Source of the DNA: Leptolyngbyaceae cyanobacterium
Lineage (GTDB): Bacteria > Cyanobacteriota > Cyanobacteriia > Phormidesmidales > Phormidesmidaceae
NCBI GenBank assembly: GCA_965263355.1
Contig: CBDHHL010000048.1
Location: forward strand, 128,001 to 192,000
DNA length: 64,000 nucleotides
Reading direction: 5' to 3'
Shown here: piece after piece, positions 31,774 to 40,045 of the stretch
How the letters are laid out: every line of letters begins with the position of its first letter
How positions within the stretch are numbered: position 1 is the first letter of the stretch
Made by a program: the position numbers and the translations under genes
Notes under the pieces: generated by a model
The model's input: the letters and a program-made list of their open reading frames with translations, nothing else
The model's database searches: none
What the model was told of the DNA's origin: nothing

Positions 31774-31802
31774 AGTAAGCGCCTAACAGTAAGCGCCTAA
31801 CA
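31774..31802 (+). repeat. 14-bp perfect tandem direct repeat upstream of the chaperone operon
   Basis: AGTAAGCGCCTAAC twice. Confidence 0.85.
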
Positions 31803-31949
31803 TTTAGGCAGGCAAGAAAACCGAAATAGCCTGTGTTGCAATGGCAGAAAAAGAAAAATTTAATCCAAAAAACTTAAGACAAATTTATGAAGTAGCTACT
31901 AAGATAATCTACTAAGGTATTAAGGCTCATCAGCATCTGGAGGTCGCCC

Positions 31950-34493
31950 ATGGGAAGACGTAGTTCTAAGCGGTCTTTCAGACAGTTATCCAATATTGCG
32001 AAACCGTCATTGGGTGACCAAGTCGACCAATGTTATGAGCAGGGCCTTTACCAACAGGCACTGACTAAGTTAAAGCAAGCTCAGAAGCTCGATCAGGCCA
32101 AGGATATTAGTCTGAGCGAGGCAGATATATTACTAGCTTGGGGGATCGATCAGGCGGAAAAAGCAGCCTATTCCATGGCCGAGAAAACACTACGGCAAGC
32201 CATGGAATTAGGGGCATTTGGTCAGCAAGGGGAAGCCTATTATTGGTTGGCTAAATGCTTATTGGAAATGGAGCAGCCCCAAGCGGCACTGGAGTTAGTC
32301 CAAACAGCTTTTAACACCAATCAACTCCACAAACAACAGGGAGGGTGCTATCTCAAACTGTTGGTAATCAATGACCAAATAGACACGGTCGCTACCTTGA
32401 TCGAAACCAAGAAAAATCGATTCTATGCGGCCCATCTCCACTGGGCACGGGGAATACTCTCGCTCCATCAAGAATCTCCTAAAGATGCTCTTGCCCACTT
32501 TAAAAAAATGGGGAATCGTACTACCTTGGGCGATTGGCCCACTGCCTGGACAGTGTATGCGAAACAGCAAGCAGGTCAGTGGGCAGATTCAAGTTTAGAG
32601 CAAATATTGGGTCTTCAGAATTCATCCTTAAGGCATTCACCCTTCTCAACATTTAAACCAAAGCAAGCCAAACATCCGGCCATCCTGCGTCTGACTTTGA
32701 CACAGCTAGCCCACACCTTTAGTCATGATTTTTCAGAGCATGTGCCCCTGGATGAACTGACCCCAGTTGAGGAAGAGGCTGCCATAGTGCTACAAACGCT
32801 GCGCATGATCGACCAGGACGACGTTCATGATGCGGCCCATCTGTTTTTAGAGTTTTTCAAGGATATCTCAGATTCCTTTCCCCAATTTCAAGAGCTGCAT
32901 GATCCGCTGATGACCTTGGCTGGGACAGCTGCTATGGGTACCCATGAACCCAACTATGCGGAAAAATTCTGGTCCCGTTTGGTGAAACCTACACTTCAGG
33001 ATCCTCAAATTGCCATTCATCTGCGTCAGGCCATGTTTGAAAATGGTTCTGACCATGCTGCCATCGGTGTCATTAAGCAATTAAGTCAATGGGTCGAAGC
33101 ACAAACCACTTGGACCGAATCGCAACGACAGGCTATCGTGGCTCACCTCCACTGCTGGACCTGTGATCACTTAATTAATCTCAAAAAACTTGGCAAAGCT
33201 GAACAAGTCGTTAAGTCAGCCATTAAACTGGCCCCTGAATCACCTTCAGTGGTGGGTCGCCAAGGGTTACTGGCCGCAAGACAGAAACGATATAAGCAAG
33301 CGATTCCCTTACTAACGCAGTCCTTAAAGGGCGGTTCTAGCGTTGTCAATATTTATGAGGAACTGGTTGATTGTCTTGAAAAAACCGGTGATAAGACTAC
33401 TCTCAAGCAGGTGCGTCGTCAATATGGTAAGTCCTTTGGCGATTTAGATACGGAACCGGATCTGCCTCGCTGGCAGGAGATTTTTACCTATCGTCTCTTC
33501 TTTATGCTGCAAGACGCTACTGGGAATGTAGAGCGCAATGATTTTCCTAGTCGTGCCATCAAGATTTTTGTCGACGCTGCAACTGATACACCCAATAAAG
33601 ATCAGCGGGTGACCTTTGACCAAACTAAAGCTGCCGACCAATGGGAAGCGCTACTTGCGCCCTTGAGTCCTGAGCAGCAGGTGCCCGTGCTCCAGGCCAT
33701 TGGTTTAGTAATGGCCATCTATGCCAAACGGAAAAAAGGTTTGGCTGCGTTGCAAACCCGTTACCAGACTCAGCTCATTAGCCTAATTGACGACCATCCC
33801 ACAGCTCAAATGGCAAACCTGGTATGTCTGACAGTCAAAGAAAAGAAGGCAGAGCGCCTGTCTGTGGCAATTAATACTTATCTTAAGTCAGTAGCTCAGC
33901 CTCACCAGGCCATTGCTCGGTTGCAACTCAACGTACGCTGGTTTGTAACCACATCTGTTTTGCTATCGTGGTTAGACCAAGCTTTGGCCAAAGATCCTCA
34001 AAATCCATTGTTGCTGTTGGCTAAGGCTACTGTCTACCCCTATGAGACGCCTGAGTACGAGACGCTTTTTGACCAGGGCTTTGAGTTGGCTCGACGCTTA
34101 CAGGATGCTGAAGCTCTGGATGCCTACCGCGATGAAGAATGGTTGCAGGGCCAGGCGATGACCCGTTCTGCTATGTCGAGTATGAGTCGCTCGGGGGGGC
34201 CTCCGTCCATGGGAGACATGGTGGAAATGATTCGCAAAATGGCCCAGGCTCAGTTTGGCGATGAGGTGCCGCCGGAGTTGATAGAGCAACTAGTTATGCA
34301 AATGATGGCGGCTGAATTAGGAGGTGCCATGCCACCGGGTGGCCCCTTTGGCGGTCCCCCTGATGGTTTTCCCCTGCCGCCTATATTTGTTGGAGGGTTT
34401 GAAGAGCCAGATGACTTTGGCGATGACTTTTTTGGGCCACCGCCGGGGGCGAAAAAATCGAAAAAGTCTAAACGGTCTCGACGCTCTCGGTAG
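31950..34493 (+). CDS. Large TPR / alpha-solenoid protein with Met-Gly-Pro-rich tail
   Basis: TPR-like segments (AYYWLAKCLLEMEQPQAALELV; AEQVVKSAIKLAPES; LDQALAKDPQNP); GGAGG RBS upstream. Confidence 0.85.
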   Translation: MGRRSSKRSFRQLSNIAKPSLGDQVDQCYEQGLYQQALTKLKQAQKLDQAKDISLSEADILLAWGIDQAEKAAYSMAEKTLRQAMELGAFGQQGEAYYWLAKCLLEMEQPQAALELVQTAFNTNQLHKQQGGCYLKLLVINDQIDTVATLIETKKNRFYAAHLHWARGILSLHQESPKDALAHFKKMGNRTTLGDWPTAWTVYAKQQAGQWADSSLEQILGLQNSSLRHSPFSTFKPKQAKHPAILRLTLTQLAHTFSHDFSEHVPLDELTPVEEEAAIVLQTLRMIDQDDVHDAAHLFLEFFKDISDSFPQFQELHDPLMTLAGTAAMGTHEPNYAEKFWSRLVKPTLQDPQIAIHLRQAMFENGSDHAAIGVIKQLSQWVEAQTTWTESQRQAIVAHLHCWTCDHLINLKKLGKAEQVVKSAIKLAPESPSVVGRQGLLAARQKRYKQAIPLLTQSLKGGSSVVNIYEELVDCLEKTGDKTTLKQVRRQYGKSFGDLDTEPDLPRWQEIFTYRLFFMLQDATGNVERNDFPSRAIKIFVDAATDTPNKDQRVTFDQTKAADQWEALLAPLSPEQQVPVLQAIGLVMAIYAKRKKGLAALQTRYQTQLISLIDDHPTAQMANLVCLTVKEKKAERLSVAINTYLKSVAQPHQAIARLQLNVRWFVTTSVLLSWLDQALAKDPQNPLLLLAKATVYPYETPEYETLFDQGFELARRLQDAEALDAYRDEEWLQGQAMTRSAMSSMSRSGGPPSMGDMVEMIRKMAQAQFGDEVPPELIEQLVMQMMAAELGGAMPPGGPFGGPPDGFPLPPIFVGGFEEPDDFGDDFFGPPPGAKKSKKSKRSRRSR

Positions 34494-34517
34494 GAGCATT
34501 ACATATAACGCCCCTAC
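34490..34517. repeat. REP-like imperfect palindrome supplying the TPR gene stop codon
   Basis: GTAGGAGCATTACATATAACGCCCCTAC; its TAG is the stop at 34491-34493. Confidence 0.75.
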
Positions 34518-34549
34518 GCCATCAAATTTTAATTATGAGCTAATAAATC

Positions 34550-34846
34550 ATGACCACGCCGTTTGAACAGTTAGGGATTGCTCCAGAGGCTAGTGCCAAA
34601 GAGATTAAACGGGCTTACCATGCCAAATTGAAAGAATTTCCGGCCCACACCCATCCCGAGGAGTTTAAGGCGATTCGAGCTGCCTACGATGCTGTCCGCC
34701 AGGGTAGTACCGTCACGGTAGAAGAGTTCTTTAAACGCAAGCCGTTAGAGGCTAGTTTTGACGATAAGATCCTGACTAGCCTTAGGGAGCAGGCCACTGC
34801 TAAGATCCAAGTTGACCTGAAAACCCTGACCCGTCTTACCTTTTAG
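34550..34846 (+). CDS. Small J-domain (DnaJ-like) protein, non-canonical
   Basis: PFEQLGIAPEASAKEIKRAYH...FKAIRAAYDAV; no HPD. Confidence 0.85.
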   Translation: MTTPFEQLGIAPEASAKEIKRAYHAKLKEFPAHTHPEEFKAIRAAYDAVRQGSTVTVEEFFKRKPLEASFDDKILTSLREQATAKIQVDLKTLTRLTF

Positions 34847-34856
34847 CGATAACGTA

Positions 34857-35348
34857 ATGTCTCAGACTCCTCGCGATCGCATCGCCCAGCGTCGCCAACT
34901 GCAAAAGCAGCAATCCCAGATCTTTTTAGACTTGTTGCCAGTGCTGGATGATTTAGACCGTGCCTGTAACCATTGGCAACAGGCACAGCAGTCCCAAGAA
35001 ACACCTGTGGAGAAGAAAAGTTCGGTACCTTGGTGGCGTAAGATATTTAACTGGAACACGAGCCAGACTCTTGACCAATCCACCGAACTCAATGCCATGG
35101 TCAAGAGTGCCCATGACGGTGTGTCCCTCATTCGTCAGTCACTACTGGAGGTATTGGAGCGTCAGGCGGTCACCCCCATTGAAACCTTAGGTCAGCCATT
35201 TGACCCTAAACATATGAATGCCATGGGTCGAGAAGCGAGTCCTGATACGTCTCCTAATACGGTGATTAAAGAAATTCTCAAGGGATATCGCTGGCAAGAT
35301 CGGGTGTTAAGAGAGGCTCAGGTAATTGTTGCAGACAGGTCTAAGTGA
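34857..35348 (+). CDS. GrpE-family nucleotide exchange factor (short)
   Basis: LLPVLDDLDRA, GQPFDPKHMNAM, KGYRWQDRVLREAQVIV. Confidence 0.92.
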   Translation: MSQTPRDRIAQRRQLQKQQSQIFLDLLPVLDDLDRACNHWQQAQQSQETPVEKKSSVPWWRKIFNWNTSQTLDQSTELNAMVKSAHDGVSLIRQSLLEVLERQAVTPIETLGQPFDPKHMNAMGREASPDTSPNTVIKEILKGYRWQDRVLREAQVIVADRSK

Positions 35349-35379
35349 AATCTATCGAATGCCTAAATTCATCCCTACA

Positions 35380-35407
35380 GTAGGAGCATTGCATACAATG
35401 CCCCATC
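35380..35407. repeat. REP-like imperfect palindrome
   Basis: GTAGGAGCATTGCATACAATGCCCCATC. Confidence 0.7.
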
Positions 35408-35449
35408 CAACCAGATTTTTTTACCTTATAAAATCCCTATCTCTAGACT

Positions 35450-37021
35450 ATGGCCATTATCGGTATTGATCTCGGTACGACTAATTCTGTTGTTGCTGCC
35501 CTGGAAGGGGGGCAACCCTGGGTAATTCCGGATGATGATGATGAACTGCTGCTACCCTCCTGTGTGGGTTTAGACAATGGTGGCAAGCTATTGGTAGGAG
35601 ATTATGCCCTACGACAATATGCCTCTGCGCCAGAGCGTACCATCAAGTCCATTAAGCGTCAGATGGGAACAGACTATGAGGTCACACTGGGTGAGCAAGT
35701 ATATTCCCCCCAGGCAATTTCAGCCATGATTTTGCGCACCCTGAAGGAACAGGCAGAAACCGTCTTGGAAGAGCCAGTGACCCAAGCGGTGATTACGGTG
35801 CCTGCATACTTTACCGATGCCCAGCGGCAGGCAACCAAGGAAGCTGGAGAGATTGCGGGGCTAGAAGTATTACAAATCTTAAATGAGCCTACCGCTGCCG
35901 CCTTGGTTTTCGAAAACCGTAGTGAAGATGGGGAAACGGTTTTAGTATATGACCTTGGTGGAGGCACCTTTGATGTCTCAATTGTGGACATTACCGGAGA
36001 TGTAACAGAGGTATTGGCCAGCCATGGTAATAATCGCCTCGGTGGAGACGACTTTGACCGCCAGCTTCAGCGTCACTTAATCAATAAGTTTCAGCAGATC
36101 AACGGCGAGAGTTTACCTGACGACCCGGCGATTGAAGCACGACTATTACGGGCGGCAGAAACCGCCAAAATTGAGCTGAGTGAGCATGGATTTGTGGCAG
36201 TCAGGGAACCATTTTTGGTCAGCCAGGGGAGTACGGCCTTACACTTGGAAACCGAAATTGCCCGAGAAGATTTTGAGCATTTGATTACGCCCATGCTCAA
36301 GGAAACGTTGGAGGCGATTGATCGCGCCCTGAGTGATGCATCTATGGCAGCCAACGATCTCAATCGGGTTGTGTTGGTGGGGGGCTCCACCCGGATTCCA
36401 CTGGTACAACGGATGGTGCAAAACCATTTGTCAGGGGTACCTGTGAGTAGTTTTGAGCCAGACCTCTGTGTGGCGATGGGGGCAGCGGTGCAGGCGGGAG
36501 TTCTGTCTGGGGCTGAAATCGAGTCGATTTTGGTGGATGTTGTGCCCCATTCGTTGGGGATTGCGGTCATGATGGATGTGGGCATGGGCATGCCCATGCC
36601 TGGTATGTTTAGTACGATTATTCCGAGGAATACGGTGATTCCGACATCTCGCTCTGAGGTATATAAGACCTCTAGAAACAATCAGGAGAAAGTGGAGATA
36701 GAGGTTTATCAAGGGGAGAATGCTATTGCTAAGGAAAATGTCCCCTTGGGCTCTTTTATGGTTGAGGAGTTACCGCCTAAACCGGCGGGGGCAATCCAAG
36801 TGGAGGTGACGTTTGATTTTGATATTAATGGGATTTTGACGGTTACCGCGACGGAAAAGGGTGCGGGAAAGCAGGGGTCTCTGGTGGTGAATGATGCGGA
36901 TACAGGACGGTTGTCTAGCAATGAACTGCTCCAGGCGCAGGAGAGTCTGGAGCAGTTGTTTGACCTAAGTAAGAGTCCTTTGATGGATGTGTTGGCTAGC
37001 GCAGTTGAAGAAGAAGAATAG
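35450..37021 (+). CDS. Specialised Hsp70 (DnaK-like) chaperone, 523 aa
   Basis: IGIDLGTTNS, TVPAYF, NEPTAAA, YDLGGGTFDVS, LGGDDFD, LVGGSTRIP, IIPRNT, VYQGE, FDFDINGIL. Confidence 0.95.
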   Translation: MAIIGIDLGTTNSVVAALEGGQPWVIPDDDDELLLPSCVGLDNGGKLLVGDYALRQYASAPERTIKSIKRQMGTDYEVTLGEQVYSPQAISAMILRTLKEQAETVLEEPVTQAVITVPAYFTDAQRQATKEAGEIAGLEVLQILNEPTAAALVFENRSEDGETVLVYDLGGGTFDVSIVDITGDVTEVLASHGNNRLGGDDFDRQLQRHLINKFQQINGESLPDDPAIEARLLRAAETAKIELSEHGFVAVREPFLVSQGSTALHLETEIAREDFEHLITPMLKETLEAIDRALSDASMAANDLNRVVLVGGSTRIPLVQRMVQNHLSGVPVSSFEPDLCVAMGAAVQAGVLSGAEIESILVDVVPHSLGIAVMMDVGMGMPMPGMFSTIIPRNTVIPTSRSEVYKTSRNNQEKVEIEVYQGENAIAKENVPLGSFMVEELPPKPAGAIQVEVTFDFDINGILTVTATEKGAGKQGSLVVNDADTGRLSSNELLQAQESLEQLFDLSKSPLMDVLASAVEEEE

Positions 37022-37068
37022 ATTTTGTTTGTCGGGGCTTTGCGTGTATCTCACATTGTATGTACCCT

Positions 37069-37108
37069 AACCGCGTCGGGGCGTTGCATGCAACGCCCCG
37101 ACGCGGTT
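37069..37108. repeat. Perfect 40-bp palindrome (REP-like)
   Basis: AACCGCGTCGGGGCGTTGCA|TGCAACGCCCCGACGCGGTT. Confidence 0.9.
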
Positions 37109-37211
37109 GATTTTTGCCACCTCATCTACGGGAAAGAATACGGGCACAGTTGTATCCAGTCAATGGCCGAATATCACAAATGACGAGCATAGGCAGCATA
37201 CCGAGCACCCC

Positions 37212-37276
37212 GTAGGTTGGGTTGGCTTTTCGCCTAAATTTCCAGACGTTTGGCCACCTGTCCCATAAAACCCAAC
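37212..37276. repeat. GTAG-type REP-like element
   Basis: GTAGGTTGGGTT...AACCCAAC inverted arms. Confidence 0.55.
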
Positions 37277-37362
37277 ATCCGACATATTGCACCAATAACC
37301 GATTTCCCGTTTAAAAAGACACCGTAAAATTAGACAAAATCGTCCTTATTTTGCCGTCTGCC

Positions 37363-37789
37363 ATGGCCGTTCCCGATATCTACACTTGCCGAGCGGTTTT
37401 TAGACACACTGACCGCTTCGTTTGAGTCTCCAGCCAAGCGCCCGGTGGTCTTTCATATTTGGGGCTTGGGCTTAGCCATTAAACCCGACCTACACGAAGC
37501 ACTCTATAACAAGGGCATTTCGTTGGCTAATCTGGGCCGATACGAGGACGCCATCAACGCCTATGACCAGGCCCTTGCCATCAAACCGGACTATCACAAC
37601 GCGCTCCATAACAAAGCCTGTGCCAACGCTCTTTCTAACAAGCCTGACGCATCTCTGACATTTCTCCAAAAAGCAATTGAGCTTGCCCCTGAAAAATATT
37701 GCGAACTCGCCAAAACCGACACCGACTTCAACAATCTTCGCAACAACCCACGTTTTCAGACCCTCATCACCAGCTCTGAATTAACCTGA
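37363..37789 (+). pseudogene. Remnant of a P-loop NTPase-TPR protein (frameshift plus internal deletion)
   Basis: ATG 37363 gives MAVPDIY; the +1 frame gives LAERFLDTLTASFESPAKRPVVFHIWGLG fused directly to TPRs LAIKPDLHEALYNKG...ALHNKAC...AKTDTDFNNLR. Confidence 0.6.
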
Positions 37790-37798
37790 TCTGACTGT

Positions 37799-37975
37799 TT
37801 AAGACGCCTTAGCTGCCTTAACATCCTTATACTTCAAAAACTCGGCAAAATTAAGCACATCTTCCAGAATCTCTTCAGACAATTCATCCATCAGCATCAA
37901 TAATTCAGCCCTCACCCCTACTGTCTCACGTGCAGGTGTCACCAAATAAATCTGCTCAGAGCCAATCGTTTCCAC
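37799..37975 (-). CDS. Small DUF2281-like protein (58 aa, not in the ORF track)
   Basis: Manual translation from GTG: METIGSEQIYLVTPARETVGVRAELLMLMDELSEEILEDVLNFAEFLKYKDVKAAKAS. Confidence 0.55.
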   Translation of the reverse strand: METIGSEQIYLVTPARETVGVRAELLMLMDELSEEILEDVLNFAEFLKYKDVKAAKAS

Positions 37976-38172
37976 GCTTTGGCCAGAGGAAACTCTAAAT
38001 GATCAATTGCCATATGAATGCCAATTTATACACCCTTTCCTCAGTAGTTAACTGTTCTGGCTATATAAGATAGCGAACCTAACCCATTATGCTCCCGTCT
38101 CAAAATCTGTAACGTCTCGCCAACCCGTAATTACCAAGGCTAGATTACATCCATAACCCCTCAGGTATTCCT

Positions 38173-39555
38173 ATGCGTCACCTATCTACCTTTCTACTCA
38201 CCCTCCTGCTCCTCACCAACGGCTCCATCCATAAAACCCCGGCCCAGCCGCCAGAACCAGGCAACCCTGACAGCACAATTATTGAGACAGTCCCCTTACC
38301 AGAGATCGAAGCAGAAACCTTACCCGATAACGTCGCTCAGCGAATCCAAACCGACCTCGCCCAACGCCTCAGTCTAGCCACCAACACAACCATCACTATT
38401 GACAACATCACCATCGCCCGCCACAGCCGCGAAACCTGGTCCGACAGCTGCCTTGGTCTCAGCAGTCCCGCCGAATCATGCCTAGCCGCCCTCACCGAAG
38501 GCTGGCAAGTAGAAGCCATCTACCAAAGTCAACAGTTCTTCTACCGCACCGACCTCAGCGGTAACCACATCCGCCGCTCTACCCTCAGTCATAATCTCCC
38601 CCCCTCCCTCCAAACCAGAATTCTCCAAACCGCCCAGACCAAAGGCTTTGGCCCCAACCTATCCATTGCCGACGCCCAAACCAAACTATGGGGCGGCTGC
38701 TACGGATTACCCACTGAAGCAGACGTATGTGCGGCCATCGGCATCTATGGCTGGCAAGCCATTGTCACTGACGGTGACCATTACTGGATTTATCACACCG
38801 ACAATCTTGGTAACACCATTCTCCTCAACGAACTCGCCAGCAGCAACACCGCCATTCCCAGCTTTATTACCCCATCTGAGTTTGAGACACTTAAGCGCGA
38901 AACCACCTTTCAAAGCAGTGTCACAGGGGGCATCGCTAACTTAGACGATGTTTACAGCCTCCATCAGAATGGCGCACTATCAGTCCAGAGCCCAAGCGAT
39001 TATGGCAAGCCCCAAAGACTACGTCGCGCTACCATCAGCCCACCACAGCTAGACAACTTCTACAATCAGCTTACAGACAACAACTTTAATACCTTCAATG
39101 GTCTGCTCTACTTACCCAAATTAGACGCCGCAGCCTACCGTATTGTCAATCTCAGAGCGCAAAACGGTCATGTCGCCTTTGCCGACTTTATTTTCAGTGA
39201 TTTGCCACCCCAATTGCAGGCAATCACCCAAAGCTGGGAAACTCTCCAGGCTCAGACTGAAACAACGACCCTTATCTCTGCCAACAATCGTCCAACTGAG
39301 CTACCGGTAAACATTCAAAGCCAAATACTTTTTAATCTGGCCGTTTACCTACGGGTACCCGTTGAGCAGGTTAGCATTCAAAATTATAGCCAACAAACCT
39401 GGTCTGACGGCTGCCTGGGCCTTGGTGGTCCCACTGAGCTATGTCTGGCGGCCCTGACCGAAGGTTGGCACGTCGAAGCAGTCGATACCGAAACAAATCA
39501 AACCTATGGTTATCGAACTAACCTAAACGGCGCTCAGATTCGACGTGAGCCTTAA
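38173..39555 (+). CDS. Secreted protein with three Cys-pair repeat domains
   Basis: Signal peptide; TWSDSCLGL..PAESCLAALTEGW, LWGGCYGL..ADVCAAIGIYGW, TWSDGCLGLGGPTELCLAALTEGW. Confidence 0.85.
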   Translation: MRHLSTFLLTLLLLTNGSIHKTPAQPPEPGNPDSTIIETVPLPEIEAETLPDNVAQRIQTDLAQRLSLATNTTITIDNITIARHSRETWSDSCLGLSSPAESCLAALTEGWQVEAIYQSQQFFYRTDLSGNHIRRSTLSHNLPPSLQTRILQTAQTKGFGPNLSIADAQTKLWGGCYGLPTEADVCAAIGIYGWQAIVTDGDHYWIYHTDNLGNTILLNELASSNTAIPSFITPSEFETLKRETTFQSSVTGGIANLDDVYSLHQNGALSVQSPSDYGKPQRLRRATISPPQLDNFYNQLTDNNFNTFNGLLYLPKLDAAAYRIVNLRAQNGHVAFADFIFSDLPPQLQAITQSWETLQAQTETTTLISANNRPTELPVNIQSQILFNLAVYLRVPVEQVSIQNYSQQTWSDGCLGLGGPTELCLAALTEGWHVEAVDTETNQTYGYRTNLNGAQIRREP

Positions 39556-39577
39556 AAAACCTGTCTTGGTAAGGTTG

Positions 39578-40045
39578 CTAATTCTCTGAACGCTGTTCCA
39601 AAAATCTGGCAAAAGCCTTTAATTCGGCAGCCACCTGACTAAATATTTGTCGAACCTCGCCTACTAATTCACCAATTCTCTCAGACTCGAATTATTCAGA
39701 ATAAACATGGCGAACAATATGCCGAAATGCTCGATACTTGTCTAGGCCTTGCAAACTAGACACAGAAATAATGGCAGGACGTATCGAATTTACCTCCATT
39801 GCCATCTGCTGTAATAATTGCTGATGCCAGTTTTTGCCAGCTGGTTGTTCTCCATCAATATCGCGAGCGATTATTTCAAACAAACGCTCTACACCGTTGT
39901 AGGCACCTTGCAAATTTAAAGCTGCACTATCAACATACAGTTCATCATTGGTTTGCTCAAATCTTTGCCAAGCCATTACAGCACGTTCAATCGCAATGTT
40001 AATTGACTGAAATTCTTTGACAATGCGTTGGGCTAACCTACTCAA
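39578..40045 (-). pseudogene. HEPN (HepT-like) ribonuclease toxin with in-frame stop
   Basis: ALNLQGAYNGVERLF, WHQQLLQQM, YRAFRHIVRHVY; TAA at 39692-39694, then the frame continues FESERIGELV...FLEQRSEN*. Confidence 0.85.

Noticed and set aside
36091..36681. 196-aa minus-strand ORF inside the Hsp70 gene
   Set aside because: Antisense open frames are a known by-product of Hsp70 codon usage; no independent evidence
34490..37108. Repeated palindromes considered as a CRISPR array
   Set aside because: Copies are non-identical, 0.9-1.7 kb apart and separated by genes; no cas genes; they fit REP-like elements
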